Assembly (NCBI RefSeq): GCF_000009045.1
Contig: NC_000964.3
Span: 4,092,001-4,156,000 of the forward strand
Direction of reading: 5' to 3'
Length of the DNA stretch: 64,000 nt
Origin: Bacillus subtilis subsp. subtilis str. 168
GTDB taxonomy: Bacteria; Bacillota; Bacilli; Bacillales; Bacillaceae
This document shows positions 49,479-59,863 of this stretch, in pieces. Each line of letters opens with the position of its first letter. Positions within the stretch are counted from its first letter, which is position 1. A model generated the notes under the pieces. The model saw nothing but the letters and a program-made list of their open reading frames with translations, ran no database searches and was not told the origin of the DNA. A program made the position numbers and the translations under genes.

Positions 49479-49706
49479 AAAACCCCCGCGGGATGCGGGG
49501 GTTCAATTTAACGAAAGAATCCTAAAACGGTTTGTAGTTTTAGGATTCTTTCATCTTTTCAGCGTGATTGAAAACCCTTGAAGTCTAGGAAGAACGAGCA
49601 TTGGAGCGCAGCGAATGTTTGGAATTCGTGAGCACCGAAGCGCAGGCCTGACAACGAATGCGAGGGTTTGTCGACACGCTGAAACCCCCGCGGGTGCGGG
49701 GGTTTT
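49479..49706. repeat. Structured intergenic element: duplicated terminator hairpin flanking a 128-bp unit with terminal inverted repeats
   Basis: AAACCCCCGCGGG(A)TGCGGGGGTT at about 49479 and 49681; 16-bp perfect stem at 49513-49552; TTTCAGCGTG (49557) / CACGCTGAAA (49684). Confidence 0.7.
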
Positions 49707-49710
49707 CTTA

Positions 49711-50601
49711 TTACAGCAGCTTCTTCCCTAACAGGGATTCTACGAGCTCTACTGCTGTTTTGCCCGTTTTGTTTTTGTGATCAAGGATCGGGTTAACCTC
49801 AACGAATTCGGCTGAGGTAATGATGCCTGCGTCATACAGCATTTCCATAGCCAAATGGCTCTCCCGGTAGCTGATGCCGCCGACGACAGGGGTTCCGACA
49901 CCCGGTGCGTCGTTCGGATCAAGTCCGTCCAGATCAAGGCTCAGATGGACGCCATCACATGCTGATAAATAATCAAGGGTTTCTTCAATGACCTTTGTCA
50001 TGCCAAGACGATCGATTTCGTGCATTGTGTACACCTTCATGCCGCTTTCCTTAATGTACTTGCGCTCCCCTTCATCAAGTGACCGGGCGCCAATGATGAC
50101 GACGTTTTCCGGTTTGATTTTAGGCGCGTAGCCTTCAAGGTTAACCAGTGACTCGTGGCCAATGCCTAGGCTGACCGCGAGCGGCATGCCGTGAATATTG
50201 CCCGATGGTGAAGTTTCAAGTGTATTCAAATCGCCGTGCGCGTCATACCAGATGACGCCGAGATTATCGTAATGCTTCGCTGTGCCTGCAAGCGTGCCGA
50301 TCGCAATACTGTGGTCACCGCCCAGGACAAGCGGGAATTTTTTCTCTTCAATGACTTTGTTGACCTTTTGCGCGAGTTTTTCATTTCCCGCCAAAACGGA
50401 ATTCAGGTTTTTCAGTTCCTCGTCATTTTTGATTTTTTCGCGATTGATCGGAATGTCACCGAGATCTTCAACCGTATACCCCATGTCTGACAGCCTCTCG
50501 ATCAGATGAGCGTACCGGATGGCACTCGGGCCCATATCCACTCCGCGTCGTGCTTGTCCTAAATCCATTGGCATTCCAATAACCGAAATCGTTTTATCCA
50601 T
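49711..50601 (-). CDS. rocF: Arginase
   Basis: GGDHS, DAHGD, SGNIHGM, SLDLDGLDP. Confidence 0.95.
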   Translation of the reverse strand: MDKTISVIGMPMDLGQARRGVDMGPSAIRYAHLIERLSDMGYTVEDLGDIPINREKIKNDEELKNLNSVLAGNEKLAQKVNKVIEEKKFPLVLGGDHSIAIGTLAGTAKHYDNLGVIWYDAHGDLNTLETSPSGNIHGMPLAVSLGIGHESLVNLEGYAPKIKPENVVIIGARSLDEGERKYIKESGMKVYTMHEIDRLGMTKVIEETLDYLSACDGVHLSLDLDGLDPNDAPGVGTPVVGGISYRESHLAMEMLYDAGIITSAEFVEVNPILDHKNKTGKTAVELVESLLGKKLL

Positions 50602-50674
50602 CTGTGATTCCACCTCAACATTTAAGATAATGTCCTATGCGGGTTATAACAAAGATGACTTGCGGACAACGTTT

Positions 50675-52078
50675 TTAAAGCTCTAGCTGACGATTTGCCT
50701 GCTGGCGTTTTTTAATGACGACATGATAAATGATGTAGCAAATGATCATAAACGGTACGCCGCAATACAGCGCGATACGCTGCTCCGGATCAAATGCAAG
50801 ACTGATGAGCACGACCGTATTTAACGTTAGGCCGATCAGCGGAAGCACCGGGTACAGCGGTGTTTTAAATTTCAAATCTTCTATCTTCCCGCCCTCACGG
50901 ATATATTTGCGTCTGAACATGATTTGGGAAAGCGAGATCGTAATCCAGCCGACCTGCGCGCTCATGCCCGCCAAAGATAACAGTACCATATATACGGTTT
51001 CAGCCTGCGCAAACTTTGTCAGAAGTGATAGGCAGGCCACAGCCATCGTTACGATTAACGAGTACATCGGTACACCGCGCTGATTTGTTTTGCCAAGCGC
51101 TTTGAAGGCTTGTCCTTCATTCGCCATCGCGTACAGAATACGTGTTGATGCGTATAAACCTGAGTTCGCAACAGATAACAGTGCGATTAAAATAACAAAG
51201 TTCATGATATCAGCTGCATATGGGATTCCGATTTGCTCAAATACGGCAACAAATGGACTTTCCACGACACCCGCCTGTTTCCACGGAATCATGCCGGCAA
51301 TGACAATGATTGAAAGCACAAAGAACACAAGCGTTCTCCATACTGTCTGTTTGATGGACCGCGGAATCGTTTTTTCAGGGTCTTCACTTTCTCCGGCTGC
51401 AACCCCGATCAGCTCAGTCCCCTGAAACGCAAAGTTCACAGTAATCATCGTAATCAGCATTGCCTTTATGCCGTTCGGAAATAACCCGTCTTCATAAAAA
51501 TGTGTCAAAAACGGCGCCTGCTCTCCGCCCTTCAGATCAATCAGGCCAAACATGGCAGCTCCGCCGAGAATAATAAATAAAAGGATAATCAAAATTTTAA
51601 TGCCTGAGAACCAGAATTCAGATTCCGCAAAGGCTTTTGTGGTGATCGCATTTAAAATAAACATCAGTGCCGCAAAGACCAGACACCAGATCCACACGTC
51701 TATATGCGGAAACCAGCGTTGCATCAGCTGCCCCGCTGATAAAAATTCAATGGCGCATGTAACCGCCCAGCCGAGCCAGTACAGCCAGCCGAACGCAAAC
51801 CCGAAGGCCGGGCTGATAAATTTCGTGGCATAGGTCTGGAAGGACCCCGACACAGGAAAGGCGACTGCCAGCTCTCCTAAGCAGAGCATGGTCAAAAACA
51901 TGATAAAGCCGCCCACTAAATAGGACAGAACCGCGCCGAGCGGTCCCGCTTGGTTAATGGTAAACCCGGTTCCAAGGAAGAAACCGGTTCCGATCACTCC
52001 GCCCAATGAAATCATGAACAAATGGCGTGATTTCATTGTCCGCTGGAGCTGATTTCCGTTATCTTGGTTTGTATTCAC
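50675..52078 (-). CDS. rocE: Amino acid (arginine/ornithine) permease, APC family
   Basis: RHLFMISLGGVIGTGFFLG, FQGTELIG. Confidence 0.92.
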   Translation of the reverse strand: MNTNQDNGNQLQRTMKSRHLFMISLGGVIGTGFFLGTGFTINQAGPLGAVLSYLVGGFIMFLTMLCLGELAVAFPVSGSFQTYATKFISPAFGFAFGWLYWLGWAVTCAIEFLSAGQLMQRWFPHIDVWIWCLVFAALMFILNAITTKAFAESEFWFSGIKILIILLFIILGGAAMFGLIDLKGGEQAPFLTHFYEDGLFPNGIKAMLITMITVNFAFQGTELIGVAAGESEDPEKTIPRSIKQTVWRTLVFFVLSIIVIAGMIPWKQAGVVESPFVAVFEQIGIPYAADIMNFVILIALLSVANSGLYASTRILYAMANEGQAFKALGKTNQRGVPMYSLIVTMAVACLSLLTKFAQAETVYMVLLSLAGMSAQVGWITISLSQIMFRRKYIREGGKIEDLKFKTPLYPVLPLIGLTLNTVVLISLAFDPEQRIALYCGVPFMIICYIIYHVVIKKRQQANRQLEL

Positions 52079-52300
52079 ATTCTGCACCCCTTCAGCAACT
52101 TGTATTGGATCTAAGCTGGAACATCTGCATGGTGCTATCCCAGTTTGCTGTCCAAAGAGTCTCTATCTATTTAATATAAAATTCACTTCTTCTCATAAAG
52201 ATACATTATACTAAAATACTGTAGCTGAGCAAATAGGGAGTGCTGATTTTTCTGTTGTAAATTTATACAAACGAAGTGAATATCCCGCCATGGTGCGGAT

Positions 52301-53506
52301 TTATGCGTTTCGCAGCACGTGCTTAATTTTCTCTATCGCCCAATCCAAGTCCTCTTTGGAAATGATTAATGGCGGTGCAAAACGAATGACTGTATCATGC
52401 GTTTCCTTGCATAAAAGTCCCTCTTCCTTCAAACGCTCACAATACGGACGTGCCGCTTCAGTCAATTCCACACCGATAAACAGCCCTCTGCCGCGGACTT
52501 CTTTAATGACAGGGCTGTCAATACTCTCAAGCTCGCTTTTAAAGTATTCACCAAGTTCAAGAGAACGATCCGCCAGCTTTTCATCCTCCAGCACTTCTAA
52601 TGAAGCGATAGACACTGCACATGCAAGCGGGTTTCCACCAAATGTTGAGCCGTGTGAGCCAGGGTTAAACACGCCTAGGATCTCGCGGTCCGCCGCAATG
52701 CAAGAGATCGGGAACACACCGCCGCCAAGCGCTTTGCCCAAGATATACATATCCGGAACAATGCCGTCCCAGTCACAGGCAAACGTCTTGCCTGTACGTC
52801 CGAGACCCGTCTGAATTTCATCCGCAATAAACAAGACATTCTCTTCCTTACAAATCGCCGCCGCTTCCTGTAAAAATCCTTCAGGCGGAATCACAATGCC
52901 CGCTTCGCCTTGAATCGGTTCAAACAAGAATGCCGCTGTATTCGGCGTAATGGCCTGTCGAAGCGCTTCCACATCGCCGTAAGGAATGAGTTTGATTCCT
53001 GGAAGCATCGGGCCGAATCCTCGTTTATATTCCTCTTCAGAAGAAAGAGATACCGCCAGCATCGTGCGGCCGTGGAAGTTCCCGACACATGCGATAATTT
53101 CCGCTTGATTGTCAGCTACGCCCTTCACTTCATACGCCCAGCGTCTCGCCGCTTTCACCGCGGATTCAACCGCTTCGGCTCCTGTATTCATCGGCAGAAT
53201 CATCTCTTTGCCTGTCAGTTTAGCTGTTTTTTCGTAAAACGGCCCAAGCTGATCGTTATGAAACGCGCGTGACGTGAGGGTGATTTTATCAGCCTGATCC
53301 TTTAATGCCTGAATGATTTTCGGGTGTCTGTGCCCCTGGTTTACCGCAGAGTAAGCACTCAGCATATCCATATATTCATTGCCTTCCGGGTCCTTTACCC
53401 AAGCACCCAGCGCTTCAGAAATAACAATCGGGAGCGGGTGATAATTGTTGGCTCCGTAATGAGACGTCTGATCAATAATTTCTTTGGATTTAGATAAAGC
53501 TGTCAT
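52301..53506 (-). CDS. rocD: Ornithine aminotransferase
   Basis: [29 protein letters not shown]. Confidence 0.95.
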   Translation of the reverse strand: MTALSKSKEIIDQTSHYGANNYHPLPIVISEALGAWVKDPEGNEYMDMLSAYSAVNQGHRHPKIIQALKDQADKITLTSRAFHNDQLGPFYEKTAKLTGKEMILPMNTGAEAVESAVKAARRWAYEVKGVADNQAEIIACVGNFHGRTMLAVSLSSEEEYKRGFGPMLPGIKLIPYGDVEALRQAITPNTAAFLFEPIQGEAGIVIPPEGFLQEAAAICKEENVLFIADEIQTGLGRTGKTFACDWDGIVPDMYILGKALGGGVFPISCIAADREILGVFNPGSHGSTFGGNPLACAVSIASLEVLEDEKLADRSLELGEYFKSELESIDSPVIKEVRGRGLFIGVELTEAARPYCERLKEEGLLCKETHDTVIRFAPPLIISKEDLDWAIEKIKHVLRNA

Positions 53507-53565
53507 ATTTGAATTCCCCCTTGTTTTCTGTTTCAACATGTTATCCTGCTTTCCCTTTATATAAA

Positions 53566-53582
53566 TGCAAGTTCTGTGCCAA
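53566..53582 (-). promoter_or_regulatory. SigL (sigma-54) -24/-12 promoter of rocDEF
   Basis: TTGGCACAGAACTTGCA on the minus strand. Confidence 0.9.
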
Positions 53583-53664
53583 ATCAAGAATTCGTGTGTT
53601 TTCTACAATTTTCGAGGACAAGGTGCAAAAACATTCTGATATTTCGAGCGAAAATTTCAGCAAG

Positions 53665-53681
53665 TGCAAAATTCTTTTGCA
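53665..53681. promoter_or_regulatory. Upstream activating sequence (RocR site)
   Basis: Palindrome TGCAAAA-ttc-TTTTGCA about 85 bp upstream of the -24 element. Confidence 0.65.
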
Positions 53682-53746
53682 TATCCTCTCCGTTTTTTTA
53701 TAAAATAGAAGCAATATTAAGAAAATAATTGAGGGAGGTTCATACA

Positions 53747-55132
53747 GTGGTCAAAGACAGCGAATTCCTCACATTGGTTTTTCAGAGTATTTTAGATGAA
53801 ATCGATGTTGGCCTGCACGTGGTAGACGAGCATGGAAACACAATCGTTTATAACAATAAAATGATGCAGATTGAAGATATGGAGAAGCATGACGTCTTGA
53901 ATAAAAACCTGATGGATGTGTTTATGTTTTCAAAGCAGCAGGACAGCACACTGGTACAGGCTCTTCAGGAAGGCAAGACGATTAAAAACGTCAAACAGAG
54001 CTATTTCAATAATAAAGGCCAGGAAATTACGACGATCAATCATACATATCCCATCGTCCAAGACGGCAAAATCAGGGGCGCCGTTGAAATTGCCAAGGAT
54101 GTGACAAAGCTGGAACGGCTGATCAGGGAGAATATGAACAAAAAAGGCAGCACAACCTATACGTTTGACAGTATTCTCGGCACCAGTCCGGCCATTCAAG
54201 ACGTCATCGAAAACGCCAAGCGGGCAACCCGTACGTCATCATCTGTCCTTCTAGCAGGCGAAACCGGCACGGGAAAAGAACTGTTCGCGCAAAGTATCCA
54301 TAATGGAAGCGATCGTTCTGGCGGCCCGTTTATTTCGCAAAACTGCGCGGCACTGCCAGACAGCCTTGTGGAAAGCATTTTGTTTGGGACGAAAAAAGGC
54401 GCGTTTACCGGCGCTGTCGACCAGCCCGGCCTGTTTGAACAAGCCCACGGCGGCACACTGCTGTTAGATGAAATCAACTCGCTGAATCTCAGCCTTCAGG
54501 CGAAGCTGCTGCGCGCCCTTCAAGAACGGAAAATCAGGCGCATCGGTTCAACAAAGGATACACCGATTGACGTACGTATTATTGCCACGATGAATGAAGA
54601 CCCAATTGATGCAATTGCAGGCGAACGAATGCGGAAGGACTTGTATTACAGGCTGAGTGTCGTCACACTGATCATCCCGCCGCTTCGGGAACGAAAAGAA
54701 GACATTTTGCTTCTCGCGTCGGAGTTCATCCAGAAAAACAACCATCTGTTCCAAATGAATGTTGAACACATCAGCGATGACGTGAAGCAATTTTTCCTTT
54801 CTTATGACTGGCCGGGAAATATTCGCGAGCTTGAGCATATGATCGAAGGCGCAATGAATTTCATGACGGACGAGCAAACGATTACGGCTTCCCATCTGCC
54901 CTATCAATACCGCATGAAAATCAAGCCGGCTGACATCCCAGAGCCGGAAACACCAAGACACCAGCCAGCCGCGGACTTAAAAGAAAAAATGGAAAGCTTC
55001 GAAAAATATGTGATAGAGAACGTGTTAAGAAAACACGGCCATAACATCTCGAAAGCTGCTCAGGAGCTTGGCATCAGCAGACAAAGCCTCCAATATCGGC
55101 TGAAGAAATTTTCTCACTCGTCTAACGAATAA
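53747..55132 (+). CDS. rocR: Sigma-54-dependent activator (PAS-AAA+-Fis HTH)
   Basis: GETGTGKE, GAFTGA, LLDEI, WPGNIRELE. Confidence 0.95.
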   Translation: MVKDSEFLTLVFQSILDEIDVGLHVVDEHGNTIVYNNKMMQIEDMEKHDVLNKNLMDVFMFSKQQDSTLVQALQEGKTIKNVKQSYFNNKGQEITTINHTYPIVQDGKIRGAVEIAKDVTKLERLIRENMNKKGSTTYTFDSILGTSPAIQDVIENAKRATRTSSSVLLAGETGTGKELFAQSIHNGSDRSGGPFISQNCAALPDSLVESILFGTKKGAFTGAVDQPGLFEQAHGGTLLLDEINSLNLSLQAKLLRALQERKIRRIGSTKDTPIDVRIIATMNEDPIDAIAGERMRKDLYYRLSVVTLIIPPLRERKEDILLLASEFIQKNNHLFQMNVEHISDDVKQFFLSYDWPGNIRELEHMIEGAMNFMTDEQTITASHLPYQYRMKIKPADIPEPETPRHQPAADLKEKMESFEKYVIENVLRKHGHNISKAAQELGISRQSLQYRLKKFSHSSNE

Positions 55133-55302
55133 TCCGGAGCAGGAAGCCTGATCAGAAAAACAGTGCCTCTGCCGATTTCACTTTTCACTTCAATCGTCCC
55201 ATTGTGATTGTCGATAATCGATTTCGTTATGGCAAGGCCTAATCCCGAACCTCCATATTTCCGGGAGCGGGATGGGTCTGCCTTGTAAAACCGGTCAAAC
55301 AC
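55114..55302 (-). pseudogene. C-terminal fragment of a sensor histidine kinase (HATPase_c)
   Basis: VFDRFYKADPSRSRKYGGSGLGLAITKSIIDNHNGTIEVKSEIGRGTVFLIRLP with no upstream kinase sequence or SD. Confidence 0.8.
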
Positions 55303-55433
55303 TAAAAAACGTCACTTCTTATGCATTGAAGAAAGAAAATGGCACCTATGTGTATCACAGCCAGCAACCACACGGTACAAACCATTAAAGTCCATGCAAA
55401 TAACGGAAGTATTTGCAGCTAACTGCCATTTGC

Positions 55434-55449
55434 TGTTTCACGTGTAACA
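55434..55449. other. parS centromere site (Spo0J/ParB binding)
   Basis: TGTTTCACGTGTAACA; reverse complement TGTTACACGTGAAACA matches the consensus TGTTNCACGTGAAACA. Confidence 0.88.
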
Positions 55450-55566
55450 TCCATCTTGTATTTTTCTTCATATTCGATATATCCTTTTTCAACTGAACGG
55501 GCGTGACCCCTGTTCAGTTTTTTTTGCATATCAAAACAGCCTGGCAACGATGCCAGACTGCTTTTA

Positions 55567-56769
55567 TTAACTGCCTAATTGGTCTGCGGAGGACAGCTTG
55601 ATATCAACAGATTTTTCTTTTCCGCCGCGATAAAACTTCACCTTCACCCGGTCACCGACTTTTTTCTGATAAAGCCGTTTTCGCAGGTCAACAATATCAT
55701 TTACTTTGTATCCGTCAAATTCCGTGATGACATCCAGTTCCTTCAGCCCCGCTTTTCCGGCAGGTGAAAAGGCGTCTACACCCATCACAACCGCTCCATT
55801 GGTGACGTTCTTAGGAAGCTTTAATGTTTCATCCCAATGATAGCTTGCGATGTCACTTAGCGATTTCATCTCAATGCCAAGGAACGGGCGTTTGACCTTT
55901 CCGTATCTCTCTAAATCCTCTATCACAGGGATCACGAGCTTAGACGGAATGGACAGGCCAATCCCTTCAACCGCTGACTCGGCAATTTTCATTGAATTGA
56001 TGCCAATGACCTTCCCATCCATATTTAACAAAGCGCCGCCGCTGTTCCCAGGGTTAATGGCCGCATCTGTTTGCAGGACTTCAGCGTTCCAGTCAGGCTG
56101 TCCATCACCGTTTGAATCTACTGGGATCGCCCTCTCCGTACCCGAGATGACGCCTTGTGTGACAGAGCCTGCAAACTCAAGGCCTAACGGGTTCCCGATC
56201 GCAATAACCGGCTCCCCAGACTTCACTTTATCTGAATTTCCGAAATCAGCGACTGCTTTAATCTTATCGCTTTTCACCCGTAAAACGGCAAGGTCCATCA
56301 GCTGGTCGCTGCCGACAAGATCAGCTGATACACGTGAGCCGTCTTTCAAGCTGATTTCAATTTGGGAAGCGCCTTCGATGACATGATGGTTGGTCACGAC
56401 ATAAGCGGAATGGTCATTTTTCTTATAGATGACGCCAGAGCCGCTCCCAGCCTCGCCGCTCTCTCCCCAAATATCTGATTTTTGGATGTTCACAACACCG
56501 ACAACGGCGGGCGACATATTGCTGACAATCTTGGTGACGGCATTGTTGACACTGACATTCACCGTCCTGATTGATTCCCGGCCATTGTTGTTTTGCTGCT
56601 GATCTAAGGCGCCTGTATCCAGCCCTTCATTTGAAAGGTACGGCATGATAAACGCCATTAATACGGCACCGACAATCACGCCAATCAGACTCGAAAGAAA
56701 ATATCCTTTTTTGCTTCTCTTTGGCTGTTCAGGAGTAGTATGTTCTTCCTCACGTTCGTAATCCACCAT
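55567..56769 (-). CDS. htrC: HtrA-family serine protease with PDZ domain
   Basis: TNHHV, DLAVL, NPGNSGG, PDZ. Confidence 0.92.
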
Positions 56770-56850
56770 ATTCCATCCTTTCCAAGAACGTTAATATGGT
56801 TATATTGTGGGTTAGAAACTCCTAGAATAGTCATGATTTACATAGAAAAA

Positions 56851-57645
56851 TTATACAGCGCAAAGCGGAGTGGCCTTCTTCGGATCGGTGTCGTATAAGT
56901 CAAATGTCTCACCCGTCACAAATCCTTTAGAAGCCAATGTCTGCTGCACAGACATTCTTGCCAGCTCCTTCATGTTGTTGTCCTGGCTCAAATGCGCCAG
57001 GTAAATACGAGACGTCTCATCGCCAATGACATCCGTCATCGCCAAGGCAGCATCTTCATTTGACACGTGCCCGACGTCACTTAAAATCCGCCGCTTAATG
57101 CTCCATGGGTATCTTCCCATTTGCAGCATACCGACATCGTGATTGCTTTCAAACACAAATACATTCGCTGAACGGATAATGCCTTTCATCCGGTCGCTGA
57201 CATATCCCGTATCTGTCATTAACGCGAGCTTTCGGCCGCTATAATGGAATACATAAAACATCGGTTCCGCCGCATCGTGGGAAACGCCAAACGATTCAAC
57301 ATCAAGTCCGCCGAACGACTTCACCGTCTCCATTGGAAATACAAACTTTTGATCGGTGTCAATTTTGCCGATTTGATTCTCCATCGCTTTCCAAGTCTTC
57401 TCATTCGCATAGATCGGAAGCTTGTACTTTCTGGCGACGACACCAAGGCCCTTAATATGGTCACTATGCTCATGCGTCACAAAAATGCCGTCTACATCAT
57501 CCAGCTTACGCCCGATCTGCGCCATCAGCCCATCCATGGCTTTTCCGCTCAAACCGGCGTCCACTAAAAATGCGTGATCCTCTGTTTCGAGGTAAAACGC
57601 ATTTCCCGTACTCCCGCTCGCAAGTACGCTAAATTGCAAGCTCAT
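56851..57645 (-). CDS. walJ: Metallo-beta-lactamase-fold nuclease
   Basis: [18 protein letters not shown]. Confidence 0.92.
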
Positions 57646-57666
57646 GTTTGTCTCACTCCATTATTT

Positions 57667-58509
57667 TCATTGATCTGTATCTAAAATCGTACTCTCCAAA
57701 GCATTCACAGTAAAATACTCTTGTACTGTCTTTTTCTCACCGTTCACTTTTTTCTCGTACTCGACCGTAATTCTCCATACCGGCGCCAGCACCTGCGTAC
57801 TTGTCAGCGGATATTGTGCTACATAGCCGAATTTACAGCTCTTCACAGTGCTGTATTCTTTTAATTGATTTTGATAGTACAATAGCTCAACCGCATCCAT
57901 TTCAGTAATTAAGCTTTCTTTCTGGATTTGCTTGAAGGTCTCAAGCGTAGTCTGGTCGTATGACACAACCTCGTTTTTACCGTTTAAGTGCAGCACCACT
58001 TGCCCGATCATATTAGAGGGATTGTCGGTCTTTTGGTAAATATAATGACCTTCGTACGTTTGGAAGAAAATAATTTCTTTCTTCGATTTATCAACCTTCC
58101 AAAGCTTATATTTTTCGCCATCTTGAATTTTCGAAGAAACAAGTGCCTGAGCATCGTCCTCGATATCCTTCTTTGATAGTGCGATTGGATTTGCAAACTT
58201 CATTTTCAGGCTCGTTACTTTATGATCATCACTAGGCATGTCCATCAAAGGCTTTTGATCCTTCAGCGCCTCAATTTCCTCCTTGGAGAAAGACTTTTGA
58301 TTTGCCGTGATCCGATAGCCTTCTGTTGCTTCCTTATTCAAGCCTTCATACGTGATATGATCGGCCTTCATGTCATGCTCGACATCATTTTTAATGACTT
58401 CATATTCTTTGCCGGTAGCCTGCCATTTTTGAAAAAACTGATAGCCTAAGAAAATATCTAAAATGAGGAAGGCAACGATGAAGATTGATTTTGTCTTATT
58501 CCACTCCAC
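57667..58509 (-). CDS. yycI: WalK regulator
   Basis: [21 protein letters not shown] anchor; position in the wal operon. Confidence 0.92.
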
Positions 58510-59863
58510 TGTTAGCCCCCTCCTTCCTCAATAAATCCTTTGTAATCGGCACAATTTTTCCATTTACTTTCATCGCCCAAACCGGTTCCAGTTCAACGAG
58601 AGGATCATCGTTGGTTGATGTTGATACCAATTGATAAGCAAGGAAGATCTGATCAATTTTGTCCGTATCATAAGCGGTTTGTTTCGAAAGCAGCATCTTC
58701 ACTTCGCTGCCGCCCATGAGCTCTGTTTCACTTGTTTTAATCGGATTCGTTCCGAGACTGTAATTCGGCCGCTTATAGCTGAGAATATCATCATTCGCCC
58801 ATTGCACCGTAATCGCCGATGTCGCCCCGAAAGGTTTGGCGGTGCTGTTAATGACCGGGATCTGATCCATAAAAATATAGAAGCTCAACTGCTGGCTGTC
58901 ATTGATATTGAAAAATTGATAGTGATCCGTCCAGCTTCCGGTATCCTCAAGGTATTTTTGGCTCTTTTTGATTAATTCACCTGTTTGATAGGATGTGCTC
59001 TGCACCAAATTGCGCTGCTGAAATTGCACCTGTCTCTGGCTTAGATTCACATCTAACCGGCTGATCCCATCTGTCAGCACATTTCTGTTGTTGTAATTCG
59101 AATCTTCTCTTACAATGCTCGGATCACTAAACAAAGCCTGCTTAAAGGTATTTGTTTTAATCGATTCTGTGACAAATTCTTTTTTGTCCATCGTAAGCGG
59201 TTTGTTCGGCAGCAAGAACTCTTTCTTTGAGCCAATGGAGAACAAACTGAACGCCGGCATATTTGATTGCCTGTTTTTCAAGTCGTTCATAATGTTCCGG
59301 TAGTTTGCTGATTCAACCGTCACTTCAAGAATGAGCTGCTTGCTGTATGACACCAAATAGATTTTCTTGTTCGCTTTTGTTTCATTGAACGGGATCAGAA
59401 TATGGTCAAACGAACTGTATTCAAACGACTGATTAGACCATTTAAACAGCGTTTGGAAAATATCAATCGGGATCGTATCGCTGAATTGCAAGTCAAGCTT
59501 GGCTTCAGAACCGCCTATTCCATAAAACCAGCTTTTGAATCCAGCCTTGTCATACTGATCCGAAATATCTTTAATTCCTTTCACATCCCAATGCGGCAAG
59601 TCAGACCAAATTTCTTCATAGAGGGCATTGTCATCCACTTTGTAATGAGCGCCGTCATCATGGATAAACATGTCCCTTGGCCTTACCGTTTCAGACAGCT
59701 TTTGGGTGGTTTTTTCGATTTTATGTTTCACACGAACAGTAGACTCTGTTGAGGATGAGCCTTCAGAAAAGTTTGGCTGGAACGTCCATATCCCCCATGT
59801 AAAAACAAGACTGATGACGACGAGTACCGTAAGTAATATCGTTTTTATATTTTCACGCTTCAT
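58496..59863 (-). CDS. yycH: WalK regulator
   Basis: [23 protein letters not shown] anchor; position in the wal operon. Confidence 0.92.
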
